From: Pseudomonadota bacterium
Lineage (GTDB): Bacteria > Pseudomonadota > Alphaproteobacteria > Rhodospirillales > 2-02-FULL-58-16
Reading direction: 5' to 3'
DNA length: 62,986 nucleotides
NCBI GenBank assembly: GCA_022545455.1
Contig: JACZQZ010000002.1
Location: forward strand, 1 to 62,986
The position numbers were made by a program, and so were the translations under genes. Under the pieces are notes generated by a model. That model was given only the letters and a program-made list of their open reading frames with translations, ran no database searches and was not told the origin of the DNA. Positions 42,282 through 54,406 of this stretch are shown here, piece by piece; the stretch's first letter is position 1; every line of letters starts with the position of its first letter.

Positions 42282-42948
42282 TTACTTGGGTTGTTGGCTG
42301 CTGTCGATCAGCCGTTCCATGTCGCGGCGTTCGTGCGGACCGTAGCCGCCGGGCGCGCCGGTGTCTCTACCCTTGGGTCGCGCACTCAACATCTGGCGCA
42401 TCGCCTTTTCCGTATCAAGGATCCTTTGCGCCTTTTTGCGGGCGTCGGTGGCAGCGGCGGCGGGGTCGTCGTCGTCGGGGATCAGCGACCGCAACAGCCG
42501 CGCCCCGGCCTCGATCACCGGAATGGATCGGGCCGAGCGCAGCCACGGGGGCTGCTCGGACACGGGCTGCGCCATTTCCACGAACACGTAGGCGAGGCTG
42601 ACGAGCACCGCGCCGCGGGCGATTCCGAACAGAAAGCCGAGCGACCGGTCAAGGGCGTTCAGCATGCTCGCCTGGACCCGGTTGGAAATCGCCCGGGTGA
42701 TGATCGACAGGACGACGAGACTGACGATGAACACGACCGTGCCGGCGCTCAGATCGGCGACCCACTGCAGGTCGATCAGGTCGCGGGCAAACGGTTTCAC
42801 ATAGGGGAAGCCGTAGATGGTGGCGAAAATGGCGCCGATCCATCCCCCCACCGCCAGCACCTCGTGGACGAAGCCGCGCACATACGCCAACAGCGCCGAG
42901 ACCAGCAGCACCACGCCGACGCCGATGTCCGTGACATTGACCGGCAGG

Positions 42949-42956
<8 letters not shown>
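42282..42956 (-). CDS. cvpA: CvpA-family membrane protein
   Basis: 224 aa with N-terminal TM helices (DIGVGVVLLVSALLAYVRGFVHEVL), in the conserved cvpA-purF arrangement. Confidence 0.85.
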
Positions 42957-44406
<1,450 letters not shown>

Positions 44407-44591
44407 GGGCCCGGACCCTCCCTACGGGGCGATGGTGAAACGGTGCGCCGGCATTAGACCAGAAACACGGCCGGCCAAGGAGAAAAATGTGACCGCCGCC
44501 AAGACCGCGAGAGACCCGGAAAAACCCTTAATGACAACCGATTGCGGTCCCCGGGCCACGGGGAGCGCCTGGCCCCGAGACCGCCGCCGCC

Positions 44592-45368
44592 TCACGCCCG
44601 GATCGCCATCTTGATCGGGCCCACGGCGCGGCCGTTGATGAACTGGTCCACGTAGGGGTTGCCCGAGTCGTCGATATCGGCGGTCGGGCCGACCCAGATG
44701 ATCTTGCCCTCGTACAACATGGCGATGCGGTGGGCGATCTTGCGGGCGCTCGCCAGGTCGTGGGTGATCGACAGCGCCGTGGCGCCCATCTCGCGGGTGA
44801 TCTTGACGATCAGATCGTTGATCACGTCGGCCATGATCGGGTCGAGGCCGGTGGTCGGCTCGTCGAAGAAGATGATCTCGGGATCGGCGGCGATGGCGCG
44901 CGCCAGGGCGACCCGTTTCTGCATGCCGCCGGAAAGTTCCGCCGGGGAAAGATCGCCCACCTCCGGCGTCAGGCCGACCTGGGCCAGCTTGCCGATGGCG
45001 ACGTCCCTGGCCTCGGCGCGTGAGACCCGTTTCTCGGCGAGCAGTCCGAAGGCCACGTTCTCCCACACCGGCAGGCTGTCGAACAGCGCCGCGCCTTGGA
45101 ACAACATGCCGAATTTCCTGTTGATGCGCTCGCGGTCCTTGGTCCCGATGCCGACCACCTCTTCCCCGTCCACCTGGATGCTGCCCTCGCCGACCGGCAA
45201 CAGCGCCAGGATGCACTTGATCATCACCGACTTGCCGGTGCCCGAGCCGCCGATGACGACCACCGATTCGCCGACGCCGACGTCCAGGTCGACGCCGTTC
45301 AGCACCACCTTGTCGCCGAAGGACTTGTGCAGGTTGCGCAGCCGGATTTTGGGTTGGGCGTCGCTCAT
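44592..45368 (-). CDS. ABC transporter ATP-binding protein, MlaF family
   Basis: GGSGTGKS, LSGGMQKRVALARA and IFFDEPTTGLD. A 4-nt overlap with the upstream MlaE-family permease. No MlaD-like gene follows. Confidence 0.8.
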   Translation of the reverse strand: MSDAQPKIRLRNLHKSFGDKVVLNGVDLDVGVGESVVVIGGSGTGKSVMIKCILALLPVGEGSIQVDGEEVVGIGTKDRERINRKFGMLFQGAALFDSLPVWENVAFGLLAEKRVSRAEARDVAIGKLAQVGLTPEVGDLSPAELSGGMQKRVALARAIAADPEIIFFDEPTTGLDPIMADVINDLIVKITREMGATALSITHDLASARKIAHRIAMLYEGKIIWVGPTADIDDSGNPYVDQFINGRAVGPIKMAIRA

Positions 45369-46162
45369 TTGGCGAAAAACAGCTCGGTCAGGATGTAGTC
45401 CGACGACAGGATGAGGATGGAGGCCGAGACCACGGCGTAGGTGGTGGCCGTGCCCACGCCCTGGGCGCCGCCCTTGGAGTGGTAGCCGTGGTAGCAGCCC
45501 ATGAGGGTGATGATGAAACCGAAAATGGAGGCCTTGACCAGGCCGGAAATCACGTCCTCGGCCTCCAGGAAATCATAGGTGCGCTGCAGGTAATTGGCCG
45601 CGTTGAAACCCAACTTGTAGACGCCGACCACGTAGCCCCCGAACACGCCGATGATGTCGGCGATGAACACCAGGATCGGCATCATGGTCAGGCCCGCGAT
45701 CAGCCGCGGCGCCACCAGGTACTTCATGGGATTGGTCGACAGGGTGTTCAGGGCGTCGATCTGCTCGGTCACCCGCATGGTGCCGATCTCGGCGGCCATG
45801 GCGGCGCCGACGCGCCCGGCCACCATGAGGCCGGCCAGCACCGGCCCCAGCTCGCGGGTGATGGACAGCACGACGACGTTGGCGATCGCGCCTTCGGCCG
45901 AGAAACGGGCGAAGCCGGTGTAGCTTTGCAGGGCCAGCACCATGCCGGCGAAGATGGCGGTCAGCCCGACCACGGGCAGGGAGAAGAAACCGATCTCGAC
46001 CATCTGGCGCCCGATGATGCGCGGGTAGAACGGCGGCCGTACGCAGTGCGACAGCGCCGACCCGGTGAACATGGTCAGCCGGCCGACGGTCGCCAGGAAG
46101 GCGAGGAAGATCCGGCCGATGGGTTGGAGGACGTTCATCGCGTTGAGATTAGACACCGCCAC
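45365..46162 (-). CDS. ABC transporter permease, MlaE family
   Basis: 265 aa with the family-typical TRELGPVLAGLMVAGRVGAAMAAEIGTMRVTEQIDAL. Confidence 0.8.
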   Translation of the reverse strand: MAVSNLNAMNVLQPIGRIFLAFLATVGRLTMFTGSALSHCVRPPFYPRIIGRQMVEIGFFSLPVVGLTAIFAGMVLALQSYTGFARFSAEGAIANVVVLSITRELGPVLAGLMVAGRVGAAMAAEIGTMRVTEQIDALNTLSTNPMKYLVAPRLIAGLTMMPILVFIADIIGVFGGYVVGVYKLGFNAANYLQRTYDFLEAEDVISGLVKASIFGFIITLMGCYHGYHSKGGAQGVGTATTYAVVSASILILSSDYILTELFFAK

Positions 46163-47261
46163 CCTTGTAAACCCGGTGATAGCGCGATCCCAGGCTGGTC
46201 AGGATCTCGTAGCCGATGGTGCCGGCGTCCGCCGCCAGACGGTCAACCGGATTGTGCGGGCCGATCAGGTCGACAAGGTCACCGGGGCGGGCCGTGCGGT
46301 GGGGAAGGTCGGAAACGTCTAGGGTGATGAGGTCCATGGACACGCGCCCCACAACTGGCACCCGTATGTCTCCGAAATTTGCACCGCCGCTGTTGCTCAA
46401 GGACCGGAGGTAACCATCGGCGTAACCCACGGCCACGGTGGCGATCCGCCCCCGCCGGGCGATGCGATGGGTGGCACCATAGCCAACGGTCTGGGGAGTG
46501 TCAACGTCGCGGACCTGCAGGATTTTTCCTTGTAGGCGAACCACTTGCGCCATCGGATTGGACTCGCCGGGGACCGGCGCGACGCCGTACAGCGCGGCCC
46601 CCGGACGGGCCAGATCGAAGTGGTAGTCGGGGCCCAAAAAGATGCCCGACGAGTTGGCGAGGGAAGCCGCACCCGCCGCCAAGGCGCCCCGTGCCTTGCG
46701 AAAGGCGTCCACTTGCCGGCGGTTCAGCCCATGGCCCGGCTCGTCGGCGCAGGCCAGGTGGCTGAGCACGTAGGCCACGTCGATCGAGCCCAGCCGGTCC
46801 GGCTCGCCGGCCAGGACCTCCACTTCACCGGGGGGCAGGCCCAATCGCGTCATGCCCGTGTCGAGGTGAATGTCGGCGGGCGGGAAAGGGGACGCGCCGG
46901 CCCGGCCGCAGAACCGGGCCCAGGCCTCGATGTCGCCAAGGGAGTTGAGCACGGGCACCAGCCGGTGTTCGGCGAAGACCGGCTCGCAGCCGGCGTGAAG
47001 CCCGTTGAACACATGGATGCCGGCGTCCGGGAGCAGACGCCTGAGCTCGATGCCCTCGTCGATATGGGCGACGAAGAAGGTCTCGCATCCGGCCCTGGCG
47101 AGCGCCGGCGCCACGTGCTCCATTCCCAGGCCGTACGCGTCGGCCTTGACCACGGCGGCGCAGGCGGCGCCGGCCAGCCTGCCGCGCAAGAGCCGGTAGT
47201 TGGCGGCGATGGCGTCGAGGTCGATGGTGAGGATGGCGCCGCAATGTTCCACGCTGGTCAT
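46149..47261 (-). CDS. alr: Alanine racemase
   Basis: 370 aa with the PLP-lysine context AVVKADAYGLG and a C-terminal beta domain. It follows dnaB. Confidence 0.9.
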   Translation of the reverse strand: MTSVEHCGAILTIDLDAIAANYRLLRGRLAGAACAAVVKADAYGLGMEHVAPALARAGCETFFVAHIDEGIELRRLLPDAGIHVFNGLHAGCEPVFAEHRLVPVLNSLGDIEAWARFCGRAGASPFPPADIHLDTGMTRLGLPPGEVEVLAGEPDRLGSIDVAYVLSHLACADEPGHGLNRRQVDAFRKARGALAAGAASLANSSGIFLGPDYHFDLARPGAALYGVAPVPGESNPMAQVVRLQGKILQVRDVDTPQTVGYGATHRIARRGRIATVAVGYADGYLRSLSNSGGANFGDIRVPVVGRVSMDLITLDVSDLPHRTARPGDLVDLIGPHNPVDRLAADAGTIGYEILTSLGSRYHRVYKGGGV

Positions 47262-47270
47262 GGCGGCGGC

Positions 47271-48776
47271 TCACCCGTCGGGCGCGTGGTCCGTGTCCAG
47301 GTTGCCGAAGCGGGTATAGGCGCCCTGGAACATCAGCCTGACCTCGCCGGTGGGACCGTGGCGCTGCTTGGCGATGATGATGTCCGCCAGGTTTCGCACC
47401 TTGTCCAGTCGGCGCTCCCAGCGCTCGTACTTCTCGCGGAAGCGCTCCTCCGTTTCGCCCGCGTGCTGCATCGGCTTGTCGCGTTGCAGGTAGTACTCCT
47501 CGCGGAAGATGAAGTTGACCACGTCGGCGTCCTGCTCGATGGAGCCGGATTCCCGCAGGTCGGCGAGCTGTGGGCGCTTGTTGTCCCGTTGCTCGACCTG
47601 GCGCGATAGCTGCGACAGCGCCAGCACGGGCAAGTCCAGTTCCTTGGCCAGGGCCTTCAGGCCGCGGGTGATTTCGGAAACCTCCTGCACCCGGCCGTCG
47701 TTGCGCGAGGTCACGCTCGCGGTAATGAGCTGCAGGTAGTCGACGACGACGAGGCCCAGGTTGTGCTGGCGCTTGAGCCGGCGCGCCCGGGTGCGCAGGG
47801 CGCTGACGGTGAGCGCCGGCGTGTCGTCGATGAAGATGGGGATCTGATGCAGGGTCTGGCTGGCCGACACCAGCCGGGTGAACTCGTCGTTGGACAGCTC
47901 GCCCTTGCGCATGCGGTCCGACGAGATGTTGGTCTGCTCGGACAGGATGCGGCTGGCCAGTTGCTCGGCCGACATCTCCAGGGAGAAGAAGCCGACCACG
48001 GCGCCTTCCGCGCCCTCGGTCTGATGGTGGGAATAGGCGGCGTTGTACGCGATGTTGGTGGCCAGCGCCGTCTTGCCCATGGATGGCCGGCCGGCCACGA
48101 TGATCAGGTCGGAGGGATGCAGGCCGCCCAGGATCTTGTCCAGATCGGTGAGCCCGGTGGCCACGCCGGCGAGCCCGCCGACGCGTTTGTGCGCCGTTTC
48201 GGCCATGTTGATGGCCTTGAGAACGGAGTCCTTGAAGGGCTGGAAACCGCCTTCGTATTCGCCGGTGGTGGCCAGGTCGTAGAGGCTCTGCTCGGCCCGC
48301 TCGATCTGGTCGACGGCGGTTTCGTCCACCTCCCCGGCGTAGGCCCTGTTGACCAGGTCCTCGCCCAGGCCGATCAGCTCCCGCTTCAGATAGAGGTCGT
48401 GGACGATGCGGCCGTACTCGCCGGCGTTGATCACGGTGACGGCGGAATTCGCCAGCTCGGACAGGTACGCCGGCCCGCCGATCTCGGCCAGGGTCTCGTC
48501 CTGCTCGAAGTACCGCTTGAGGGTGACGGGATCGGCGATCTGGCCCCTTTCGATGAGCGCCGCCACCGCCGCGAAGACGCGGCCGTGGTGTGTCAGCGCG
48601 AAGTGCTCTGGACGCAGGAACTCCGACACCCTCTCGTAGGCGCGGTTATTCGCCAAGATGGCGCCGAGCAACGCCTTTTCGGCCTCGATGTTGTGGGGCG
48701 CCGTGCGCAGCGCCGGCACGGGTGCGTCGGAGCGGGACAGGTCCTCGGGCGGCGGCGAGGTCAGCGCGGTGGGCAT
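47271..48776 (-). CDS. dnaB: Replicative DNA helicase DnaB
   Basis: 501 aa. N-terminal PHNIEAEKALLGAIL, Walker A GRPSMGKT and a RecA-like C-terminal domain. Confidence 0.95.
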   Translation of the reverse strand: MPTALTSPPPEDLSRSDAPVPALRTAPHNIEAEKALLGAILANNRAYERVSEFLRPEHFALTHHGRVFAAVAALIERGQIADPVTLKRYFEQDETLAEIGGPAYLSELANSAVTVINAGEYGRIVHDLYLKRELIGLGEDLVNRAYAGEVDETAVDQIERAEQSLYDLATTGEYEGGFQPFKDSVLKAINMAETAHKRVGGLAGVATGLTDLDKILGGLHPSDLIIVAGRPSMGKTALATNIAYNAAYSHHQTEGAEGAVVGFFSLEMSAEQLASRILSEQTNISSDRMRKGELSNDEFTRLVSASQTLHQIPIFIDDTPALTVSALRTRARRLKRQHNLGLVVVDYLQLITASVTSRNDGRVQEVSEITRGLKALAKELDLPVLALSQLSRQVEQRDNKRPQLADLRESGSIEQDADVVNFIFREEYYLQRDKPMQHAGETEERFREKYERWERRLDKVRNLADIIIAKQRHGPTGEVRLMFQGAYTRFGNLDTDHAPDG

Positions 48777-48926
48777 GGGGCGGAACGGTAAACCGCCACC
48801 TCGGCCCTATGATATCGGGGTAAATCGGGAACAGAAATTATAGCGGGGAAAAAAACCGAATCTTTCGATTGACCTGTGGAAATGGGGATCACCAGTGGAA
48901 AACCGGTGTCCCGATTTGCCGCGTCG

Positions 48927-49184
48927 TCACGCCGCCCGGCTGCGTCGGCCGCCCGCGGATTCGGCCAGGGCGCGCTCCATCTCGGTGATGTAGTCCCGCG
49001 TCAGCGGCACGGCGTCCTGGCGTTTGGCCAACTGGATCTGCAGGACCTCGTGGTCCAGGTAACGGAAGGCGACTTCGGCGGATGCCAGGTAGAACTCCCA
49101 CATGCGGCAGAAACGCTCGTCGTACAGCGCCTTCGCCTTGTCGCGGCTGTCAGGGGCCGGTGGTTGCCCCATGGAGGAACCCAA
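48927..49184 (-). pseudogene. 3'-terminal relic of a cyclopropane-fatty-acyl-phospholipid synthase (cfa-like) gene
   Basis: Only ALYDERFCRMWEFYLASAEVAFRYLDHEVLQIQLAK... is present, matching the extreme C-terminus of the Cfa family. No methyltransferase core lies upstream. Confidence 0.6.
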
Positions 49185-49244
49185 AATCCATTATATCACA
49201 AAACGAAGGGTTTTGGGGTGGAACCGGCCGCGCCCGTGTCTTCT

Positions 49245-49820
49245 TTATTCCTTTTCCGGTTCCGCTTTCGGTTCCGCTTCCGCTTTCGGTTCCGCTTTCC
49301 GTTTTGGTTCCGGTTCCGGTTCCAAATCCAGGTTGACCACGGCCTTGCCGGTCTTGGCCTGTATCCCCGCTTCATCCTCGGAACGCGCGACGTTGACGGT
49401 CACGCCCACGACAATCTCGGGGTGCAGGGCAATGCGTACCGAGTACAGGCCGAGGGCCTTGATGGTCTGGGGAAGCCGGACCTGGCGCCGCTCGACCGTG
49501 AAGCCGGCCTGGGTGACTTCCTTGGCGATGTCCCGGGCGTTGACCGAACCATACAGCTGGCCCGCGTCGCCGGCCTGGCGGATCAGGACCACCGCCAGCC
49601 CGTCCAGCCGCGCGCCCACCTCTTGCGCGGCGTCGCGCTGCTCCAGGTTGGCGGCTTCCAGCTGCACCCGCTGTCCCTCGAAGTGGCGGCGGTTCTCTTT
49701 GGTGGCGCGTAGCGCCTTTTTCTGGGGCAGCAGGTAATTGCGGGCGTAGCCGGGCTTGACGTTGACCACGTCACCCATCTGACCAAGGGTTTCGATGCGC
49801 TCCAAAAGGATGACTTCCAT
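49245..49820 (-). CDS. rplI: 50S ribosomal protein L9 with an acidic/lysine repeat C-terminal tail
   Basis: [36 protein letters not shown]... with the tail [26 protein letters not shown]. The start overlaps the upstream stop by 1 nt. Confidence 0.9.
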   Translation of the reverse strand: MEVILLERIETLGQMGDVVNVKPGYARNYLLPQKKALRATKENRRHFEGQRVQLEAANLEQRDAAQEVGARLDGLAVVLIRQAGDAGQLYGSVNARDIAKEVTQAGFTVERRQVRLPQTIKALGLYSVRIALHPEIVVGVTVNVARSEDEAGIQAKTGKAVVNLDLEPEPEPKRKAEPKAEAEPKAEPEKE

Positions 49821-50782
49821 TACACATTCTCCCGGTTCTTGTCGGGACCGGCGAAGCGCCTGCGCAGTCCGCCGCCCCACTGTTCGATCAACCCGGTTGC
49901 GGCGACCATCATGACGGCCCAGCCGGTGATCAGCAAAAGGCCATAAAACACGAAATAAAATACCGCCAGCAACGTGGTCAGGGGCACCGCGCGGCGGGCC
50001 AGGGCGTGGATCACCGCCAGGCCAAGGAAGAAAAACGGCACCGCCAGGATGATCACCAGATTGCGGCCGATATACTCCAACTCCCCCGGTGCCAACAGCG
50101 CAACGGCCGCCGACGCGACCAAAAGCGAGGACATCCACTCGGGCAGTTTCAGGGCCGCCAGCGCTGTTCGCGGCCGCAGGCCGCGTCCCATGCGCACCAA
50201 CAGGCCCTGGGCCAGGGCTCCGTTGACCACCGTCATCACCAGCCACGAGGTGACTACGAAACCCGGAAACAGGGGCGTGAACCTGGCCACCACCGTGGCG
50301 CGCTCGGTTTCGCCGAGGGCCGGCGCCATGATCATGAAGGCCCGGTCCAGGTAGGTGGACACGGAGTCCTCGATGCCCGCTTCTCCGACGGCGCGGCTGG
50401 CCAGGACCGCCGTCAGGAAGATGCCCGCGCCGAGGACCGTCAACCAACCGAGGATGGAGCCTACCGGGTACCACTGGACGCCGCCGGCGGGGCCGGTCGG
50501 CCTTTGCAACAGGGCCTGGCGGACGACCAGCGCCGCGGGCAGGGCATTGAGCAGCCCGTACAGGCCCGCCGACGTGGCGCCTCCGATCAGGCCGGCGACC
50601 ATGAACCCGCTGACCCCGGCGACCGCGCCCGCCTTGGCACCCAGGCCCAGGCCCACCGCCAGCAGAGGCAACGGCGCAAGGTAGACGAACACCAGTGCCG
50701 CCGGCGATCCCATCAGGAAGGTCATGGAAGCGGCGGCGCTGAGGCCGCCGCCGCCCAGGGCGATAAGCATATCCTTGGACAT
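49820..50782 (-). CDS. Polytopic membrane protein (DUF2232-like) located between rpsR and rplI
   Basis: Internal Met ([13 protein letters not shown]) of ORF 49820..50806, with about 8 TM helices. The position inside the ribosomal operon is conserved in many alphaproteobacteria (from memory). Confidence 0.65.
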   Translation of the reverse strand: MSKDMLIALGGGGLSAAASMTFLMGSPAALVFVYLAPLPLLAVGLGLGAKAGAVAGVSGFMVAGLIGGATSAGLYGLLNALPAALVVRQALLQRPTGPAGGVQWYPVGSILGWLTVLGAGIFLTAVLASRAVGEAGIEDSVSTYLDRAFMIMAPALGETERATVVARFTPLFPGFVVTSWLVMTVVNGALAQGLLVRMGRGLRPRTALAALKLPEWMSSLLVASAAVALLAPGELEYIGRNLVIILAVPFFFLGLAVIHALARRAVPLTTLLAVFYFVFYGLLLITGWAVMMVAATGLIEQWGGGLRRRFAGPDKNRENV

Positions 50783-50858
50783 CCCGCTCTCCCGGCGGAC
50801 CGGCACGTGTCCCCGCGCCCATTCCCGGCGTGGTAGGGGCCCGTGTTCCGGTTGTAGC

Positions 50859-51134
50859 CTACTTGACCAAGTAGGGGATCAGGGCGAGGTAACGGGCCCG
50901 TTTGATCGCCTTCGCCAGCTTGCGCTGCATCTTGGTCGAGACTGCTGTTATGCGGCTCGGCACGATCTTGCCCCGCTCCGACGTGTAGCGCTGAAGGAGC
51001 CGCACATCCTTGTAGTCGATCTTCGGCGCCCCCCGCCCGCTGAACGGGCACGTCTTGCGGCGCCGGAAGAACGGCCGTCGACTCCCGCCGCCGCCACCGC
51101 CACCGCGGCGTTGTCTCGGTGCAGGTGGCATCAC
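50859..51134 (-). CDS. rpsR: 30S ribosomal protein S18
   Basis: [45 protein letters not shown]. The N-terminus carries a G7 run. ATGA overlap with rpsF. Confidence 0.9.
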   Translation of the reverse strand: MMPPAPRQRRGGGGGGGSRRPFFRRRKTCPFSGRGAPKIDYKDVRLLQRYTSERGKIVPSRITAVSTKMQRKLAKAIKRARYLALIPYLVK

Positions 51135-51847
51135 GCGTCCCCTTTCGTCTCGTCCTCATCCGCGGACGCGGCATTTTCGGACGGCTTGGCGTCGTCGTCG
51201 CCCTCCGGCTTGGCCTTGGCCGGTTTTTTCCTGGCCGCCGTGCCGCGCCCGGTGTCCTTGGCTTTGGCCTTGGCCGGGGTTTTGGCCTTGCCGGCGGCCT
51301 CGTCCCCGGCCTTGCCGGCGGCCTTGTCCGCGGCCGTATCGGCCGGCGCATCGTCGGTCGCGGCGGGTCCTTTGTCGCCCGATTTCAGGTCCGCGTCCGG
51401 GGCCTCCGTCTTCGCCGGCCGGTCCGTTCCCTTCTCCGCCCTGTCGCGTTTCTGGGGCGCCTGGGGTTCAAAGCGGCGCGGACGGCCCTCACGGCCCTCG
51501 CGGCCCTCGCGGCCCTCGCGGCCACCCCGGCTCTGCATCATCACCGACGGACCTTCCTCCAACTCGTCCACGCGCAGCGTAAGATAGCGCAGCACGTCCT
51601 CGTGGAGGCGCATCTGGCGTTCCATTTCCTGGACGGCCTCGGCCGGCGCGTCGATGTTGAGAAGGACGTAGTGGGCCTTGCGGTTTTTCTTGATCCTGTA
51701 GGCCAGGCCGCGCAGGCCCCAGTACTCCCGCTTGGCGACCTTGCCGCCCTGATCCTCGATGATCTTGGAGAAGTCGTCGGCCAGGGAATCCACCTGGGGA
51801 GCGGAAATGTCCTGGCGTGCGATGAACACGTTTTCGTAAAACGGCAT
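51131..51847 (-). CDS. rpsF: 30S ribosomal protein S6 with a ~130-aa low-complexity C-terminal extension
   Basis: Internal Met [20 protein letters not shown] of ORF 51131..51943. The S6 core is followed by [14 protein letters not shown] and an A/K/D/E-rich tail. Confidence 0.9.
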   Translation of the reverse strand: MPFYENVFIARQDISAPQVDSLADDFSKIIEDQGGKVAKREYWGLRGLAYRIKKNRKAHYVLLNIDAPAEAVQEMERQMRLHEDVLRYLTLRVDELEEGPSVMMQSRGGREGREGREGREGRPRRFEPQAPQKRDRAEKGTDRPAKTEAPDADLKSGDKGPAATDDAPADTAADKAAGKAGDEAAGKAKTPAKAKAKDTGRGTAARKKPAKAKPEGDDDAKPSENAASADEDETKGDA

Positions 51848-52119
51848 TCCTGTCTCCCTACGGATTGTCTCAACCCCGCAAACGCGGGGCATAGCCGGGA
51901 TCACCCCGGCAGGAAGCGCCAAAGAGGCGCGCACTATACACACTTACAATAGGGGCGCAAGCGGGTTGGGGGCGTCGCCGCCGCCGCCGCGGGCGGCCTT
52001 GCGGCTGCGATTCTCCGGGGTCCGCCGGCCCATGGCCGCGGCGGCGGGCGGCTGCGCTTGACAGGGAGGGCGGAGGCGCTATCACTCCTTGCCACGACAG
52101 GGTCCATGCGGGGAGACGG

Positions 52120-53064
52120 TTGGATTCCATGGCGCTCGCGTTCGTGTTTCCGGGCCAGGCGGCCCAGGCGGTCGGCATGGGCCGCGAACTGGCCGAGGCG
52201 TTTGCCCCCGCGCGCCGGGTTTTCGAGGAAGTGGACGAGGTGCTCAAACAGAACCTGGCGCGCCTCATGTTCGAAGGGCCCGAGGACGAACTGACCCTGA
52301 CCGAAAACGCCCAGCCCGCGCTCATGGCGGTAAGCCTCGCGGCCCTGCGGGTCCTTACGGACGAAGGCAATGTGGACATCGCCAAGGCCTGCCGGTTCGT
52401 CGCCGGGCATTCGCTCGGCGAATATTCGGCGCTGGCCGCCGCCGGCACCTTCGCCCTGGCCGATGCGGCGCGGCTGGTGAAGATCCGCGGGCGCGCCATG
52501 CAGGAGGCGGTGCCCGTCGGCGACGGGGCGATGGCGGCGCTGTTGGGATTCGATGTGGAGGAGGCGCGCGCCGTCGCCGAGGACGCCGGCGGCGTGTGCA
52601 CGGCGGCCAACGACAACGCGCCGGGGCAGGTGGTTATCAGCGGCTCGCGCGAGGCCGTCGAGCGGGCGGTCGAGATCGCCGCCGAACGGGGCGCCAGGCG
52701 CAGCATCATGTTGCCGGTAAGTGCCCCGTTCCACTGTCCGCTCATGGCGCCGGCGGCCGAGGTCATGGCCGAGGCCCTGGCCGAGACGCCCATGGCGCCC
52801 CCCGTGGTGCCCCTGATCTGCAACATGACCGCGGCGCCCCTGGAGGACGTGGACGAAATCCGCCGGCGCCTGGTGGAGCAGGTGTTGGGCATGGTGCGCT
52901 GGCGCGAGAGTGTGCTGTACATGCGTGACCACGATGTCGACACGCTGGTCGAAATTGGCGCCGGCAGGGTCCTGACCGGGCTGACCCGGCGCATCGACCG
53001 CGACCTCAGGGGCGTCACCGTCGGTACGCCGGAGGAAATCGAGGCGTTCCTCGAGACCCTGTAA
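52120..53064 (+). CDS. fabD: Malonyl-CoA:ACP transacylase
   Basis: AFVFPGQAAQ and the active-site GHSLGEYSAL. The start may be the Met at 52129. Confidence 0.93.
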   Translation: MDSMALAFVFPGQAAQAVGMGRELAEAFAPARRVFEEVDEVLKQNLARLMFEGPEDELTLTENAQPALMAVSLAALRVLTDEGNVDIAKACRFVAGHSLGEYSALAAAGTFALADAARLVKIRGRAMQEAVPVGDGAMAALLGFDVEEARAVAEDAGGVCTAANDNAPGQVVISGSREAVERAVEIAAERGARRSIMLPVSAPFHCPLMAPAAEVMAEALAETPMAPPVVPLICNMTAAPLEDVDEIRRRLVEQVLGMVRWRESVLYMRDHDVDTLVEIGAGRVLTGLTRRIDRDLRGVTVGTPEEIEAFLETL

Positions 53065-53199
53065 GTCGGCGCCGTCGCCGGATCGGAGACGGACTTCGAC
53101 AGTGGAGAGGCGTAATCGGTGGTCGTATGATTTCCGGCGGAAAGGCGCGATAGTCTGGCATGGTATTCCGCCGTCGCCGCAGGCAAGGGGAGGGCAGGC

Positions 53200-53937
53200 A
53201 TGTTCGATCTCGGCGGGAAAAGCGCCCTGGTCACCGGTGCGTCCGGGGGTATCGGCGGCGCCATCGCCAAGGCGCTGCATGGCCGGGGCGCCGCCGTCGC
53301 GCTGTCGGGAACGCGCGTCGACGCGCTGGAGGCGCTGGCAAAGGACCTGGGGCAACGCGCCCACGTGGTTCCCGCGGATCTGGGCCAGGCGGGCGCCGAG
53401 GCGGATCTGGCCAGGGACGCGACGGCCGCCATGGGGCGCGTCGACATCCTGGTCAACGGTGCCGGCCTGACGCGGGACGGCCTGGTGGTGCGCATGCGGG
53501 ACGAGGACTGGCAGCGGGTCCTGGACGTCAACCTGGGCGCCGCCTTCCGGCTGACCCGGGCGTGCCTGCGGGGGATGATGAAAAACCGCTGGGGCCGGGT
53601 GATCTCCATCGCCTCCGTGGTCGGGGTGACGGGCAATCCGGGCCAGGCGAATTACGTGGCCTCCAAGGCCGGCCTGATCGGCATGACCAAGTCGCTCGCC
53701 CACGAGGTCGCGTCACGCGGCATCACCTGCAACTGCGTGGCGCCCGGCGTCATCGCCACCGCCATGACCGAGTCACTTTCCGAAGACCGGAAAGACCGTT
53801 TCCTGGCGGCGATCCCCGCCGGCCGCTTGGGCACGGTGGAGGACGTCGCCGCCGGCGTCGTCTATTTGGCCAGCGACGAGGCCTCTTACGTCACCGGCCA
53901 GACCTTGCACGTGAACGGCGGACTGGCCATGATATAG
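53200..53937 (+). CDS. fabG: 3-oxoacyl-ACP reductase
   Basis: 245 aa with TGASGGIG and YVASKAG, in a fab cluster context. Confidence 0.93.
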   Translation: MFDLGGKSALVTGASGGIGGAIAKALHGRGAAVALSGTRVDALEALAKDLGQRAHVVPADLGQAGAEADLARDATAAMGRVDILVNGAGLTRDGLVVRMRDEDWQRVLDVNLGAAFRLTRACLRGMMKNRWGRVISIASVVGVTGNPGQANYVASKAGLIGMTKSLAHEVASRGITCNCVAPGVIATAMTESLSEDRKDRFLAAIPAGRLGTVEDVAAGVVYLASDEASYVTGQTLHVNGGLAMI

Positions 53938-54087
53938 GCGCCCGTCACCGGGCCCTTGGGCGCTGGCCATGGTCTGAAAAGTGTGTTAGGAAGCGGGACC
54001 TTCTGCCGCCCGGCGCGGTCCGTGAGATCTCGTGGGAAACCGCCTAAATCGTTGATTTTAGGGAACTTTGAGTCGAGGGAACAGAAT

Positions 54088-54333
54088 ATGAGTGATGTCG
54101 CCGATCGGGTGAAAAAGATCGTCTTGGAGCATCTCGGCGTGGAGGAATCGAAGGTCGTGGAGAGCGCCAGTTTCATCGACGACCTGGGGGCGGACAGCCT
54201 GGATACGGTCGAATTGGTCATGGCCTTCGAGGAAGAGTTTGGCTGCGAGATTCCCGATGACGCCGCGGAGAAAATCCTGACCATCAAGGACGCCATCGAC
54301 TTCATCAGCGCCCAGACCTCCCAGAGCGCCTGA
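54088..54333 (+). CDS. acpP: Acyl carrier protein
   Basis: Internal Met [12 protein letters not shown] of ORF 53956..54333, with the phosphopantetheine site [12 protein letters not shown]. Confidence 0.95.
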   Translation: MSDVADRVKKIVLEHLGVEESKVVESASFIDDLGADSLDTVELVMAFEEEFGCEIPDDAAEKILTIKDAIDFISAQTSQSA

Positions 54334-54406
54334 ATTCGGATCGGGGACGGCCGGCTGCCGGGCGTTTCGGCCGATTTACCAGGCCGTCAGCGGATCGCGG
54401 GGATTC

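Noticed and set aside
48790-48926. DnaA-box-like strings (ATTTCCACA, TTTTCCACT on the minus strand) and a perfect TATAAT upstream of dnaB.
   Set aside because: The boxes match only 7/9 positions. The TATAAT (complement of 48837..48842) has no convincing -35. This is too weak to call as features.
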